From an uncultured Nitrososphaeraceae archaeon (GTDB taxonomy: Archaea; Thermoproteota; Nitrososphaeria; Nitrososphaerales; Nitrososphaeraceae), in the NCBI GenBank assembly GCA_963779615.1, contig CAVZZA010000003.1, positions 896,001-960,000 on the forward strand: 64,000 nt of DNA, written 5' to 3'. Within the stretch, counting starts at the first letter, position 1, and the number at the start of each line of letters is the position of its first letter. Below the pieces are notes generated by a model, which ran no database searches, was not told where the DNA came from, and was given only the letters and a program-made list of their open reading frames with translations. Positions 1 through 10,875 of the stretch are shown piece after piece. Position numbers and translations under genes: made by a program.

Positions 1-1
1 G

Positions 2-241
2 GTAGGTAAAGAAATCAATCAGGAGGATTTTACAATCAACATATCAAAAGATTATTTTTATAGCGAGGAGATCACAAATGATGATGCGATAAAGATTCTT
101 AATTCATCCTCAATAATAAATTTGGTAGGAAAAAACATTGTGGACCTTGCCCTTAGTCTCAATCTTGCTAAAAAAAATAGTGTAAAAACAATAGAAGGTG
201 TACCTTTTCTAATGATATTTAAATTCAAAGGGGTATATTGA
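2..241 (+). CDS. DUF424 family protein (5'-truncated by window edge)
   Basis: Manual translation, frame 2: VGKEINQEDFTINISKDYFYSEE...SIINLVGKNIVDLAL...TIEGVPFLMIFKF; typical DUF424 motifs; TGA at 239-241. Confidence 0.8.
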   Translation, partial: VGKEINQEDFTINISKDYFYSEEITNDDAIKILNSSSIINLVGKNIVDLALSLNLAKKNSVKTIEGVPFLMIFKFKGVY

Positions 242-276
242 TATTTTAAGGTTAGGTAAAAAATTATCTGTGTTGC

Positions 277-1083
277 TTATCCATTTTTATAATTGTTAAC
301 CAAGTTATGAATATTCTGCAATTCAAGAAGTGGGTCTGGAGAACTTGTTATTGCGCGCCCTATTATTAAATAATCAGCCCCGCATTCCAATGCTGACTTA
401 ATATCCCCCCCTTGTGTAATTAGTCCTGGAGAATAGATCGGAATTTTAGGGTTTTTCGAAGAAAACTCTTTCAATACGTCCAGTCTGTTACCCCCTATAA
501 CAATACCATCAACTTCAGAATCTTTTGAATTTTGATAAAAAACTCTGTATAGCGTTGTGGGCTCCTCTGGTTTATGATTTGAGGCATCAACTACATGGAC
601 CCCAAATCCTTCTCTAGCACTGCTGTGGCTCATGTAAACTAGAGAAATAACACCACAATTCAAAGAATGCGCAAAATCAACTGTTGTTTGAAGATTATTT
701 TTTCCGATAAAAGGGTTAACAATAATCGAATCAAATCCCATTGAATGGAGATAGTCAATAGTCACATCATTTGTATTTGGAATATCATTTAGTTTAATAT
801 CGGCTATAACCTGCAATTTCTCCCTATGAGCAACATAATTTATTTTTTTTAATTCAGTAAAAGATAATGGCAATATTACATGAAAATTCAATTTAACTGC
901 GCAAATATATTTACCTAATTTTCTAATTAAATCCAACACATATGTAAATAAGTTATTTGTACCGTATTTTGGATCTATAGCCAAAATCAAGTTGCTTTGC
1001 TTATCTTTGCACAGAATGCCTATCCGCTCAGAAAAAGGAATTGAAGGAGTCATATTACAATTTAACAAGTGGATAGAATTCAT
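277..1083 (-). CDS. pyrF: Orotidine 5'-phosphate decarboxylase
   Basis: LILAID, AVKLN, catalytic ADIKLNDIPNT, YSPG..QGGD and IIGRAI motifs. Confidence 0.93.
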   Translation of the reverse strand: MNSIHLLNCNMTPSIPFSERIGILCKDKQSNLILAIDPKYGTNNLFTYVLDLIRKLGKYICAVKLNFHVILPLSFTELKKINYVAHREKLQVIADIKLNDIPNTNDVTIDYLHSMGFDSIIVNPFIGKNNLQTTVDFAHSLNCGVISLVYMSHSSAREGFGVHVVDASNHKPEEPTTLYRVFYQNSKDSEVDGIVIGGNRLDVLKEFSSKNPKIPIYSPGLITQGGDIKSALECGADYLIIGRAITSSPDPLLELQNIHNLVNNYKNG

Positions 1084-1542
1084 CTAATTTAATTATTTTC
1101 AAGTAAACAAATCATGTTAAAGGCACAATTACAGGAACAAGACTGTTAGTTTTGATGAACCCATGAGTAGAAATGTTAGCCATCATTCAGTTCCAACAGA
1201 TATAAAAGATATGATGAGGTGATGAGGTGATGTATCGACAACATAAAGAATACCAGCAAACAACATGCTTTGCTTTCATCATCATAATCATAAAATATAG
1301 AAACTCTTGGAAAAATAAATAAAAATATTAAATCACTAACCAGAGTATTTGTGGGTATAAAAAATATCAAAGAGATTTATCGCTAAAAACACAGGAAAAA
1401 ACCAAGCACTTGTTTTGCCTCAAATGTGGGACATTTTAGGAATAAACGGATCAAATGATTAAAGATGCTACTAATAACAATTTGAAGGGCGATATTAATG
1501 AAATAAACAACATTTAATATTGAAAAATAGTTCAAATGCTAT

Positions 1543-2184
1543 ATGACAGGTTACCCCGAAGATGATATTAAAAATGCAGCAGAGATAAGGGAATGGTTGA
1601 CCAAATTAATTTCTGAAAAACAGGAAGAAATAGAAAGAATTAAAATAACATTATCGTTGATTGACTCGGTATTAAAGCAAGGGAGTTTTAAAACTGCAGC
1701 AAACCTTAATTTAAATAAAAAATCGTTATCTAATGAAAAATCATCGATTGTTGAAAACGGGATCAAGAAAGAAGACATTTCACGCATTCAAAAAAATCAG
1801 GAAGAAAAACCACAAGCACTTGAAACTAGACAGATAAAAAGAATGAAAGATAATACAGTAATTGCGCAGGTTGAAGTTTCGAAGGAAAGAATAGAAATAA
1901 TTCCGATGGAATCGATTAACTTTAATTTAGAAACGCCACCTTTCAAATCTTTTTTTATAAACAGGATTCTAGAGGGAATGAAAAGCAAGGACACAGATAA
2001 AATGAAACAAGGGCAACTATCAGAAACAGACATAATTTCCTTTTATACACGGCCTAAAGAAAACAGCGAAAACATCATAAAAAAAATAGAAATTAATAAT
2101 TATAGGGACAAAGAAAGAGTAAATGAAATATTCAATACTGTAGCGTGGGTATTTACAAGAATGCTGGAAAAAGGTGAAAAGTGA
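1543..2184 (+). CDS. Conserved hypothetical protein with N-terminal coiled coil
   Basis: 213-aa ORF; stop overlaps the guaA start (TGATG). Confidence 0.75.
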   Translation: MTGYPEDDIKNAAEIREWLTKLISEKQEEIERIKITLSLIDSVLKQGSFKTAANLNLNKKSLSNEKSSIVENGIKKEDISRIQKNQEEKPQALETRQIKRMKDNTVIAQVEVSKERIEIIPMESINFNLETPPFKSFFINRILEGMKSKDTDKMKQGQLSETDIISFYTRPKENSENIIKKIEINNYRDKERVNEIFNTVAWVFTRMLEKGEK

Positions 2185-3720
2185 TGGATAAAATAATCGT
2201 TTTAGATTTCGGATCACAGGTACAGTCATCTAATATCTAGAAGAATAAGAGAATCTAATGTTTATTGTGAATTATTACCATATAATACACCAATAAAAAC
2301 AATTACGGAATTAAAACCAAAAGGGATAGTTTTGTCAGGCGGACCTGCAAGTGTTTACGAAAAAAATTCTCCAAGGCCGGATGAAAAAATATTTGAACTG
2401 GGTGTCCCAATTTTAGGAATATGCTATGGGCACCAAATCATAGTAGACCATTTTAAAGGAAGAATAAAAAGGGTAATAAACAGAGAATACGGTAATGCGG
2501 TGTTAAAAATAAAAGACAAGAAAAATTTATTTAAAAATATAGAAACAGACAACATACAGTGTTGGATGAGTCACAGCGATACAGCTGAAATAATTCCAGA
2601 GGGATTTGATATTTTAGGAGAGACCAGCAACTCATCTTCAGCAGCCATTGGTAACACGAAAAGTAAAATATTCGGATTGCAATTTCATCCAGAAGTTGCA
2701 CACACTGAAAAGGGGATGGAAATACTCAATAATTTTTCCCATGTAATCAGCGAAGCAAAACAGGATTGGAATATGACTAATTTTATAGATAATAGCATCA
2801 AAGATATAAAATCAAAGGTCGGAGAAGAAAAAGTATTATGTGCAGTTAGTGGGGGTATCGATTCCACAACAACTGCAGTTTTGATTCATAAAGCAATTAA
2901 AGATAATTTAACATGTATTTTTGTCAATCATGGCCTTTTAAGAGAGGACGAAGAAAATATTGTAAAAAAACTTTTTAATGAAGAATTAGGCATACATGTA
3001 AAATACATAGAAGCTCAAGAAATATTCTTAGAAAAATTAAAAGGGATATCGGATCCGGAAGAGAAAAGAAAGATAATTGGAGAAGAATTTGCTAGAGTTT
3101 TTACAGAATTTGCAGAAAAGGAAGGCCCATTTCAATGGCTTGCACAAGGGACACTATATCCAGATGTTATTGAAAGTGGAATATCCACAGGTCCGGCTAC
3201 GGTGATCAAGACACACCATAATGTGGGAGGACTGCCAAGTTGGTTAAACCTAAAAGTAATAGAACCTTTAAGGTATTTGTATAAAGATGAAGTTAGAAAA
3301 GCTGCAAAAATACTTCAAGTACCCAAGGTATTACTTACAAGGCACCCCTTTCCTGGCCCAGGACTTGCAGTGAGAATTTTAGGAGAAATAACTGATGAAA
3401 AGATAAAAATTACGAAAGCAGCTAGCAAAATTGTAGAAGATATATTAACAGAAGATAAAATCTACAGCAAGGTTTGGCAAGCTTTTGCAATAGTAGGTGA
3501 CGATAAGGCCGTTGGAATTCTTGGAGATAAAAGGGTATATGGCCACATTGTGACAATAAGAATAGTCCAATCAATGGATTCAATGACAGCAGATTGGGTA
3601 AGAGTTCCATACAATACGTTGGAAAAAATTAGTTCAAAAATTACAAACGAGATAGAAAATGTAGCATGGGTAACGTATGCAATTTCAAGTAAACCGCCCT
3701 CTACAATCGAGCCTCAATAA
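2184..3720 (+). CDS. guaA: GMP synthase (glutamine-hydrolysing, fused GATase and synthetase domains); one extra base at 2219-2220
   Basis: ATG 2184 gives MDKIIVLDFGSQ; removing one G continues YSHLISRRIRE...LSGGPAS into the listed ORF with GICYG, FHPEV, SGGIDS, KTHHNVGG and KPPSTIE. Confidence 0.95.
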
Positions 3721-4401
3721 TTTACTATACAGTAATTTGTCGAATAACTACCAAAAACATTTTATTGTTTTTGTTGTATAACTTGAGGTTGTATATTCAT
3801 TTGTTATTTTAGCAGGGCCATATCCATTCTCCTCAAAATCAGGATTATCTTGGCAAGTTCCTTTAACCATTCCTCTATTTTGATACCATGACTGTATATT
3901 AACACTTTTTATGCGATGAATAGATTGATCCACAAGTTTTGCGCTATTTTTTACTTGGTATGTCATACAATAAAAAAGCAAAATAAATCTGTGGCTTTTT
4001 CCTTAACTTTATACTATCCATACCAAAGGTATTTCTTTGTTTCTCCAACACGATTTGAACCCTACAAGAACTTCAAGTATAAAACCACAGATTACATGGA
4101 TAAGGAAAAGTAATACCTGCATTTCTTAACCTGCTTTTTTTGTTAATGTTCTCAATTAATTTGACTTAAATTGAATTTGTACGGTGGTTTAGTCAATATA
4201 TAACCAGTTGAATGATGGTTTTCTATCGTATATAATGCAGTCCTTTTGTTTATCAACAACTTTGAGTGACTCGAGTAACTCATGTGTCAAAGGGCTTATA
4301 TCGTTTAAAGTTAAGGGAAAATCAATATTTAAACTTAATTTTTAGTTTTGGTTTGTATTGGTTGTATGCATGGAGTAGATATGTTTATGGACTGCTTGAT
4401 C

Positions 4402-4537
4402 TGCCTTGTTGCACGATTCTAAAAACAGTTAAAACTATGCCAATTTATTAGCAAACCACATTATATTTTACTGTTTACTCTGTGGATATAGAACTAAAAC
4501 GTTAAAAAAACGAGTTATTGAATCATGCAACAAAGCA
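4402..4537. mobile_element. MITE with ISH1-type (IS5 family) ends
   Basis: TGCCTTGTTGCACGATTC (4402-4419) and GAATCATGCAACAAAGCA (4520-4537) form an 18-bp inverted repeat with 2 mismatches; flanking direct repeat GCTTGATC at 4394-4401 and 4539-4546. Confidence 0.8.
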
Positions 4538-4652
4538 GGCTTGATCTATTTTTGAATGATATTATATATAAAATAAATGAATAGGTAAAAAAGCAAAAGT
4601 GTTGACTTAAAAGTCTAAGCTATATAAACCATCCCTATATACTATTAGCTAT

Positions 4653-5262
4653 GTGAATAAACCATCATATGTTTGTTCAAAATGCAAAAGAGCTTTTAGA
4701 AGAAGGTGGAATGCACAAAGACATACTGACACAGTCCATAAGGGATTGTCCGATATCAAATTCAAACATAAACAAGGAAATAGTGCAAATGCCATTAACA
4801 AACCTGGCCGCTACCATCCTCTTTTGCAGCTGCCTCCACACCCTGGAAATATAGGCAAATGCATCAACATAATTCAAAAGACTCTTCATTTGCACCATTT
4901 AACAATAGTGATTCACCTCTGAAAAAAACCAAACAAATCGGCTGTGACTATGGATGAAGGCGAAAAAGAAGACTTTCTCAATAACACTTTGGAAAAAATG
5001 GCAATCTCTATTGAGAGGCTGGAAAAACTGTTTTTGAGAAATTATGTATACCTCGTAAAAATATTGAAAATATGCTATCCCACATCATTATTGATGCATT
5101 GACAATGCCTGATCCGGTTAAATTTATTCAAGACAAATTTACTTATTACAATAGGCAATATTACAGTGCCAAATGATAAAGTATGTGGCCAAATCTTATG
5201 AGATGGATTATTTTGCTGCCACGGAATATTTGAAAAGTGTTATTGGCCAGGTATTTGTGTAA
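4653..5262 (+). pseudogene. C2H2 zinc-finger protein, multiply frameshifted
   Basis: YVCSKCKRAFRRRWNAQRHTDTVH; protein-like text continues across frames (MDEGEKEDFLNNTLEKM...IIIDALTMPDPVKFIQ...AATEYLKSVIGQVFV*) to TAA 5260-5262. Confidence 0.65.
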
Positions 5263-5393
5263 ATGATTTATACAAAAATGTTTATTTTCCTTTGCTTGGA
5301 GCAGGTGCCTTTTTGCCACTATTTGATGGACTGATCGGGATTAAATTCCTTGTAGTAACAAGGGCTCTAATACTTTAAGAATGTATTAATTTG

Positions 5394-5531
5394 TGCTTTG
5401 TTGCATAACTATGAAATTCGTCAATTTATAACAGAGTACATATCAGCATAATACAAATATCGATTATTCCCTTACGGAAATAAAACTAACACACCTAAAA
5501 AATACGAAAATTTGAGTTATGCAACAAAGCA
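5394..5531. mobile_element. MITE with ISH1-type (IS5 family) ends
   Basis: Perfect 17-bp inverted repeat TGCTTTGTTGCATAACT / AGTTATGCAACAAAGCA; 138 bp; ends match the IS at 44819-45799; no clear target-site duplication. Confidence 0.8.
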
Positions 5532-6751
5532 GTAAATTAAATTCATCTGTTAATAAATTGTAATATAAACAACAATTTCAAATTAAAGGTCATTTGAAGT
5601 CATATTGCACAGGAAACTTTGACGGTATATTCGACGAAATTGACTGAAAAGTTGACGAAAAATGACGGTTTTTAATTAGGTGGAGTTGTTATGTCTAAAA
5701 CCATCTTCAAAAAAGGAGGTTACTTGCAATAGAATAAATGTGGTTGGACGAGCCATCTAAAAAGCAAAAAAAAAGTTTGCCAAGGGCTAACATTTTCCTA
5801 GCGCTTTTTCGAATATAATGACACATTGGGAAAGAAAGAACAGAAAGTCCCAAAATTGATGGTAATGGAGTTTGTAGTATTATGAGTATAAAATCAGGTT
5901 TTTAGATTTTCTCCCCTATCAGATAAAAACGCGTTACACTGTAGAGTAGGAATTAATTATATAGGTATACTCAGGCTACAGATCTGCAATATCCATAATA
6001 TTGTTTCTCTATATACATATCAAAGTTCTTTTTTTGCTTAGCTTAATGAAGAGGATGATAGCATATGGAGGACAATGTTGTACAACAGTCGCATTTAAAA
6101 AAGCATATATCTCTATTAAGGAAAAAAACCCGTTTTAACCTATCAAATCAGAATTTCTTTATTTTATCTTAGAGGCATGTAATTCCTCACGCGGAGAAAA
6201 AAAGGAAAAACAGTTGGATTGGAAACCAACTTTGCGGAATAAAATAAAAAGAGAGTTAAAATAGACATACAACAGATAACACAAATAAGAAACCTCAAAA
6301 AGTTTGCAATAGCCTTTCTTGATTGGCTTACAAACATACAGAGTCATTGAATAAGTATTTCTTTCTACTACATAAATTCCAAAACTTTCAGTAACTGCAA
6401 TAAGGAGAACCATGGCCATGACGCATATGCGATAATGAATGGGTATCGAGTCATAGTCACACAAACTGGAACTAAAAATAATTAAAGACAGTCCAATGGA
6501 AACAAGATAGGAAAAAAGGAATTAGTCAATAAATGATATGAATATTTAAAACTAAATTTTAGAATATTAAAAGGCTCATTTTTTTCTTTTATCGCTGTTT
6601 ATTTTTGCTTTGTTTAGACGTTTCAATTTCACTATAATTAAAAATGTCAAACCCCAAACAATCAAAGACAACGAGATTTGACCAATCATCCAAAAACAAC
6701 CTCCCAAAATGGCAAGGCCAAAGCCTGTAAAACCAAGAACTTTTTTTGTAT

Positions 6752-7498
6752 TCATTTTAATTTATAATTAATTATCCCATTAATTACTGAATTGAATTTA
6801 AAAGACGAAACATTCAATAGTACAGAGTTAGATTTTTTTGCCAACACCTCAATTAAGTGTTTTGCGATAGATAATTTTTTCTTTTTTAATGTTAAATTGG
6901 TTATGATTTTTTTTGAAAAATGCCCTACAGGAGACGCAAAGTCCATTCCAACTAACCAAATCTCTGCAGCTTTGAACTCATCGGCTAAAAACACACACCT
7001 GTCACCATCAGTAAATCCCCCAAAATTATAAACGTTATGAAGAGGAAATACCTGAGTTGTTCCAAGGAAATACCTAAACTTTGGAACAAATTTTATAATT
7101 TTATTGATATTGTCCCCATGAGAATGTATTATCAGTGTTGACCCTAATTTATTGGAAGACAATAAAGAATCCATATTGCCATCAAGATCGGTCACAACAA
7201 AATCAGGAACAATACCCAACTCAAGGCATAATTCTGTTGATCCATCCGCCGATATTATGACAAAATTTGAATGATCCTTGATAAATTTTTGAATCGATGG
7301 CTCTTCTATGCTTGGTCCGGCACCAATTACTAATACTTTTTCGTTGGTCAATTTTTTAAAACAGTTTAATCCAGGCGATCTATCTGAAATCAGACCGGAT
7401 AAAATTAAAGAACTTTGAATATCTTTTTTTATGTCAAGGTTTAGTTTGGGTAAAATTTCCAAATAATGCGGATACCAATCAGCAAATCTCATAGACAA
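6752..7498 (-). CDS. mptE: 6-hydroxymethyl-7,8-dihydropterin pyrophosphokinase (MptE-like)
   Basis: VIGAGPS, ADGS, VVTDLDG, HSHGDN, NFGGFTDGDR and GMDF motifs. Confidence 0.88.
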   Translation of the reverse strand: MSMRFADWYPHYLEILPKLNLDIKKDIQSSLILSGLISDRSPGLNCFKKLTNEKVLVIGAGPSIEEPSIQKFIKDHSNFVIISADGSTELCLELGIVPDFVVTDLDGNMDSLLSSNKLGSTLIIHSHGDNINKIIKFVPKFRYFLGTTQVFPLHNVYNFGGFTDGDRCVFLADEFKAAEIWLVGMDFASPVGHFSKKIITNLTLKKKKLSIAKHLIEVLAKKSNSVLLNVSSFKFNSVINGIINYKLK

Positions 7499-7636
7499 TA
7501 AACTAAAATAATTATTTTAATATAGATATTCATCATATTTATTCATATAATAAAAAACAACAAAAAAGTACTTAATCCACATAGATTATTTTTTGAAATC
7601 AAAACTCATTAATAAATCAAACAGGTACCAACAAAT

Positions 7637-8062
7637 ATGAGTGAAATAAAAACAGATAATTTTTCAGATCAAGAAATAAAAGAGATTTACAAATTAAAGA
7701 ATATTGCCATAGTTGGAATGTCACCCAGTGAAGGCAAACCATCACACTATGTTCCAAAATATTTAATAGAAAAAGGATATAACGTAATTCCAGTCAATCC
7801 AAACTATTCAGAGATTCAGGAAAAAAAATCATATGGAAAAGTTTCAGAAATTCCGGACATGATAGAGATAGTAGACATTTTTAGAAGGTCAGAAGATGTA
7901 TTACAAGTAATAAAGGAGTCAATAGATAAACAAGGAATAAAAGTGATATGGATGCAAAAGGGCATACACAACAAAGAAGCAGAAAAAATCGCCGCAGATA
8001 AAGGAATAAAAGTGATATACAATAGGTGCATGTTAGAAGAACACAAAAGGTTATTCACATAA
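7637..8062 (+). CDS. CoA-binding protein (YccU-like)
   Basis: IAIVGMS, IPVNP, VDIFRRS, IWMQ and NRCM motifs. Confidence 0.9.
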   Translation: MSEIKTDNFSDQEIKEIYKLKNIAIVGMSPSEGKPSHYVPKYLIEKGYNVIPVNPNYSEIQEKKSYGKVSEIPDMIEIVDIFRRSEDVLQVIKESIDKQGIKVIWMQKGIHNKEAEKIAADKGIKVIYNRCMLEEHKRLFT

Positions 8063-8145
8063 TCTTTTAGAAAAACTCTAAATTATTAATAAAATGCAAC
8101 AAGTAATTTAATAAATAGAGATTACTTTATTTTGTTGTATAGTTA

Positions 8146-9333
8146 ATGCCTAGATCAGGCCAATCGAATAATAAAAGAAATTTTACAAATAATAACAACC
8201 GTAATGCAATACGATCGTTTCAAGGTTACAACAAAATAATAATTATTTGTATAGACAGAGATGATGACATAGGAATCAAAGGTGGACTTGAGACACCAAT
8301 AATAGGCAAAGAACTTTGCATTGAAGCAGGAACAAGTCTTGCAATAAAAGATCCAGAAGATTCTGATTGTAATGCAATCTTTGGGGCAATTAAATCCTAT
8401 GAAGAATTTAGGACAAAAGGCCACGATGTGGAGGTCACTCTTGTGGCAGGCAGATTTAACAGAGGCATAGAGGGGGATGCAAAAATTGCACAAGAAATAG
8501 ACACAGTATTGGATAAATATAATGCAGATGGAGCAGTAGTTGTCTCAGATGGAGAAGATGACGAAACAGTAATTCCCATAATTCAAGGAAAAATTCCAAT
8601 AATTTCAATTCAAAGGGTAATAGTTAGACAAAGCAGAAGTGTAGAATACTCATATGCTATTTTGGCACGCTATATAAAAATATTATTTTACGATCCTCGG
8701 TATTCCAAGTTTTTCCTCGGTTTACCCGGTGCATTACTCGTAACCAGCGGGCTTTCGATAATTTTTGGATTTTCAAGAGAAGCATTTGCTTTGGGCTTGA
8801 GCATGTTGGGTTTGGCATTTATTGTAAGGGCATTTGACATAGACAAATCAATAGCTACGTTATCCAAACCAACGCCTTCAGGATTCATAAGGATATTCTC
8901 ATATTTTGCAGGAACATTGATTATTTTAGCATCAATACTGAATGGAATATCGCACATTCCTCCGAATTTAATAGAATCACAAAAAGGAATAACTTCAATA
9001 ATTACAAATAAATCAATACTAGAGAGTTTTGCATCAGGAACCATTACATTGTTATGGATAGGAATATCAACAATTTTTGCAGGAGTGTTATTAAGCAATT
9101 GGTTTAAGGGCAGTATAAAAATAATATATGATATTTTAAGATTGGTTGTTCTTGCTTTGCTTTATATACCAATGCTACAGTTCACATCACTCATCAGCGC
9201 AAGGGGGAATCCATTTAATCTGATTTCTTCTCTACTGATAGGGCTGGCAATTACTTTAATAGTTGCAACGTTTCTTTTTCAATACTTTAGAAATAGAAAA
9301 GGTGGAGAGGCGCTTAAAAACGACAATCAATAG
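8146..9333 (+). CDS. DUF373 family membrane protein
   Basis: IDRDDDIG.K, DPEDSD.N, VSDGEDDE and RVIVRQS; C-terminal TM helices. Confidence 0.9.
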   Translation: MPRSGQSNNKRNFTNNNNRNAIRSFQGYNKIIIICIDRDDDIGIKGGLETPIIGKELCIEAGTSLAIKDPEDSDCNAIFGAIKSYEEFRTKGHDVEVTLVAGRFNRGIEGDAKIAQEIDTVLDKYNADGAVVVSDGEDDETVIPIIQGKIPIISIQRVIVRQSRSVEYSYAILARYIKILFYDPRYSKFFLGLPGALLVTSGLSIIFGFSREAFALGLSMLGLAFIVRAFDIDKSIATLSKPTPSGFIRIFSYFAGTLIILASILNGISHIPPNLIESQKGITSIITNKSILESFASGTITLLWIGISTIFAGVLLSNWFKGSIKIIYDILRLVVLALLYIPMLQFTSLISARGNPFNLISSLLIGLAITLIVATFLFQYFRNRKGGEALKNDNQ

Positions 9334-9376
9334 AAATAAACATGTTTCCAAAAGTTTGGTATTATAATAATAAATC

Positions 9377-10186
9377 ATGTCCATATTAGATAAATGCTTA
9401 AAAGTAATCTACAAACTCTCAAAACATAATATAATCTATAAAATTTATGAAAAACATCTTTTAAATCAGATAAATCAATACCCATCCCCACAACACATAG
9501 GTATAATTTTAGATGGCAACAGAAGGTGGTCAAAAATAAAAGAAGTGGAAAAAGAGAAAGGCCATAAAATAGGTGCAGACATAGCAGAAGATTTGCTTAA
9601 CTGGATATATGATTTAGGGATAAAAATAACTACAGTTTATGTGCTTTCAGACGAAAATCTGGAAAGGGAGCCATACGAGATTAATAATATTTACTCGCTA
9701 TTAGAAGAGAAACTAGATAAATTATACAAGGATACAAGGATACACAACAAACAAATAAGGATAAAGTCGATAGGGGATTTCAAGAAATTACCAGAAGGGC
9801 TTCAGAGAATATTAAAAAAACTAGAGATAATAACAGAAAATTACCAAAATATGTATTTAAATATAGCTATTGCGTATGGAGGACAAAAGGAATTATTGAA
9901 TGCGATAAAGAAAATAGCAATATCGGTTAAGCAAAGCAAAATAGAAATTGACGAAATAGATGAAAAACTAATAGAATCAAATTTGTATACAGCACACCTT
10001 CCACAAGCAGAACCTGATTTAATATTAAGAACTTCAGGGGAAAAGAGATTGAGTGGTTTTTTATTATGGCAGAGTGCGTATAGCGAACTTATTTTTGTAG
10101 ACATTTTTTGGCCTGAATTCAGAAAGATAGACCTAATGAGGGCGATAAGGACATACCAAAAAAGATCCAGAAGATATGGAAAATGA
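9377..10186 (+). CDS. uppS: cis-prenyltransferase (undecaprenyl diphosphate synthase)
   Basis: HIGIILDGNRRW, AIAYGG and RTSGEKRLSGFLLWQSAYSE motifs. Confidence 0.95.
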   Translation: MSILDKCLKVIYKLSKHNIIYKIYEKHLLNQINQYPSPQHIGIILDGNRRWSKIKEVEKEKGHKIGADIAEDLLNWIYDLGIKITTVYVLSDENLEREPYEINNIYSLLEEKLDKLYKDTRIHNKQIRIKSIGDFKKLPEGLQRILKKLEIITENYQNMYLNIAIAYGGQKELLNAIKKIAISVKQSKIEIDEIDEKLIESNLYTAHLPQAEPDLILRTSGEKRLSGFLLWQSAYSELIFVDIFWPEFRKIDLMRAIRTYQKRSRRYGK

Positions 10187-10225
10187 GTAAAAGAAAAAAG
10201 TTAATATCATGCCATTTTTTACACA

Positions 10226-10372
10226 ATGGGAAGAATGCCTCAGCATGGAGATATAGAAAAAGAGACAAAAAAAATATACTGTGGTTATTGGATGACAATG
10301 GAGGAATGGGAAGACATACATGATTACAGTACGGGTGAAAAATTTGACGATTCAAACATTAGAATAGATTAA
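10226..10372 (+). CDS. Small hypothetical protein (48 aa), below the ORF-track cutoff
   Basis: MGRMPQHGDIEKETKKIYCGYWMTMEEWEDIHDYSTGEKFDDSNIRID*; co-oriented and fills the uppS-NUDIX gap. Confidence 0.55.
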   Translation: MGRMPQHGDIEKETKKIYCGYWMTMEEWEDIHDYSTGEKFDDSNIRID

Positions 10373-10425
10373 AAGCCAGAAGAAAAATAATTAGGAACAT
10401 ATTTTTATAAGTGTAAAAATCACTC

Positions 10426-10875
10426 ATGGCAATGTATGACGAAGTTTCTGCTGGGGCGGTATTACATACTATAGATGAGAATTTTGAAACAAAATACCTG
10501 ATTCTCAATTATAGCTATGGGCACTGGGATTTTCCAAAGGGAAATATTGAATTTGGGGAAACCGAAATCGAAACAATCAAAAGGGAAGTAAGGGAAGAAA
10601 CAGGAATAGAAGACATAAAACTAATAGAAGGTTTCAGACAGCAGATCTCTTACAAATATAGAAAGAAATCAAAGTTGGTAAATAAATCAGTCACATATTA
10701 CCTTGCAGAGACCACTTCCAATAAAGTGATATTATCATTTGAGCACATTAACTTTGCGTGGTTAAATTTCAATGATGCGTTAGAAAAACTATCTTTTGAT
10801 AATAGCAAAAGGGTTTTGAAAAATGCAAAGGAATTTCTTTCCAATGCAAAGGTAAATGACATTAAAACTTCTTAA
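10426..10875 (+). CDS. NUDIX hydrolase (Ap4A hydrolase-like)
   Basis: GHWDFPKG..E.GE......REVREETG Nudix box. Confidence 0.9.
   Translation: MAMYDEVSAGAVLHTIDENFETKYLILNYSYGHWDFPKGNIEFGETEIETIKREVREETGIEDIKLIEGFRQQISYKYRKKSKLVNKSVTYYLAETTSNKVILSFEHINFAWLNFNDALEKLSFDNSKRVLKNAKEFLSNAKVNDIKTS

Noticed and set aside
1332-1439. Peptide ICGYKKYQ...LFCLKCGTF* resembling a zinc ribbon
   Set aside because: No start codon after the upstream in-frame stop and the first CxxC is incomplete
2184-2340. Programmed frameshifting or true pseudogenisation of guaA
   Set aside because: No slippery run at the site, the rest of the gene is intact, and a motif-linked sequencing error is simpler
4030-4080. GGTTCAAATC on the minus strand resembling a tRNA T-loop or att site after guaA
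   Set aside because: Flanks do not form a T-stem, no cloverleaf, and no duplicated guaA 3' end was found
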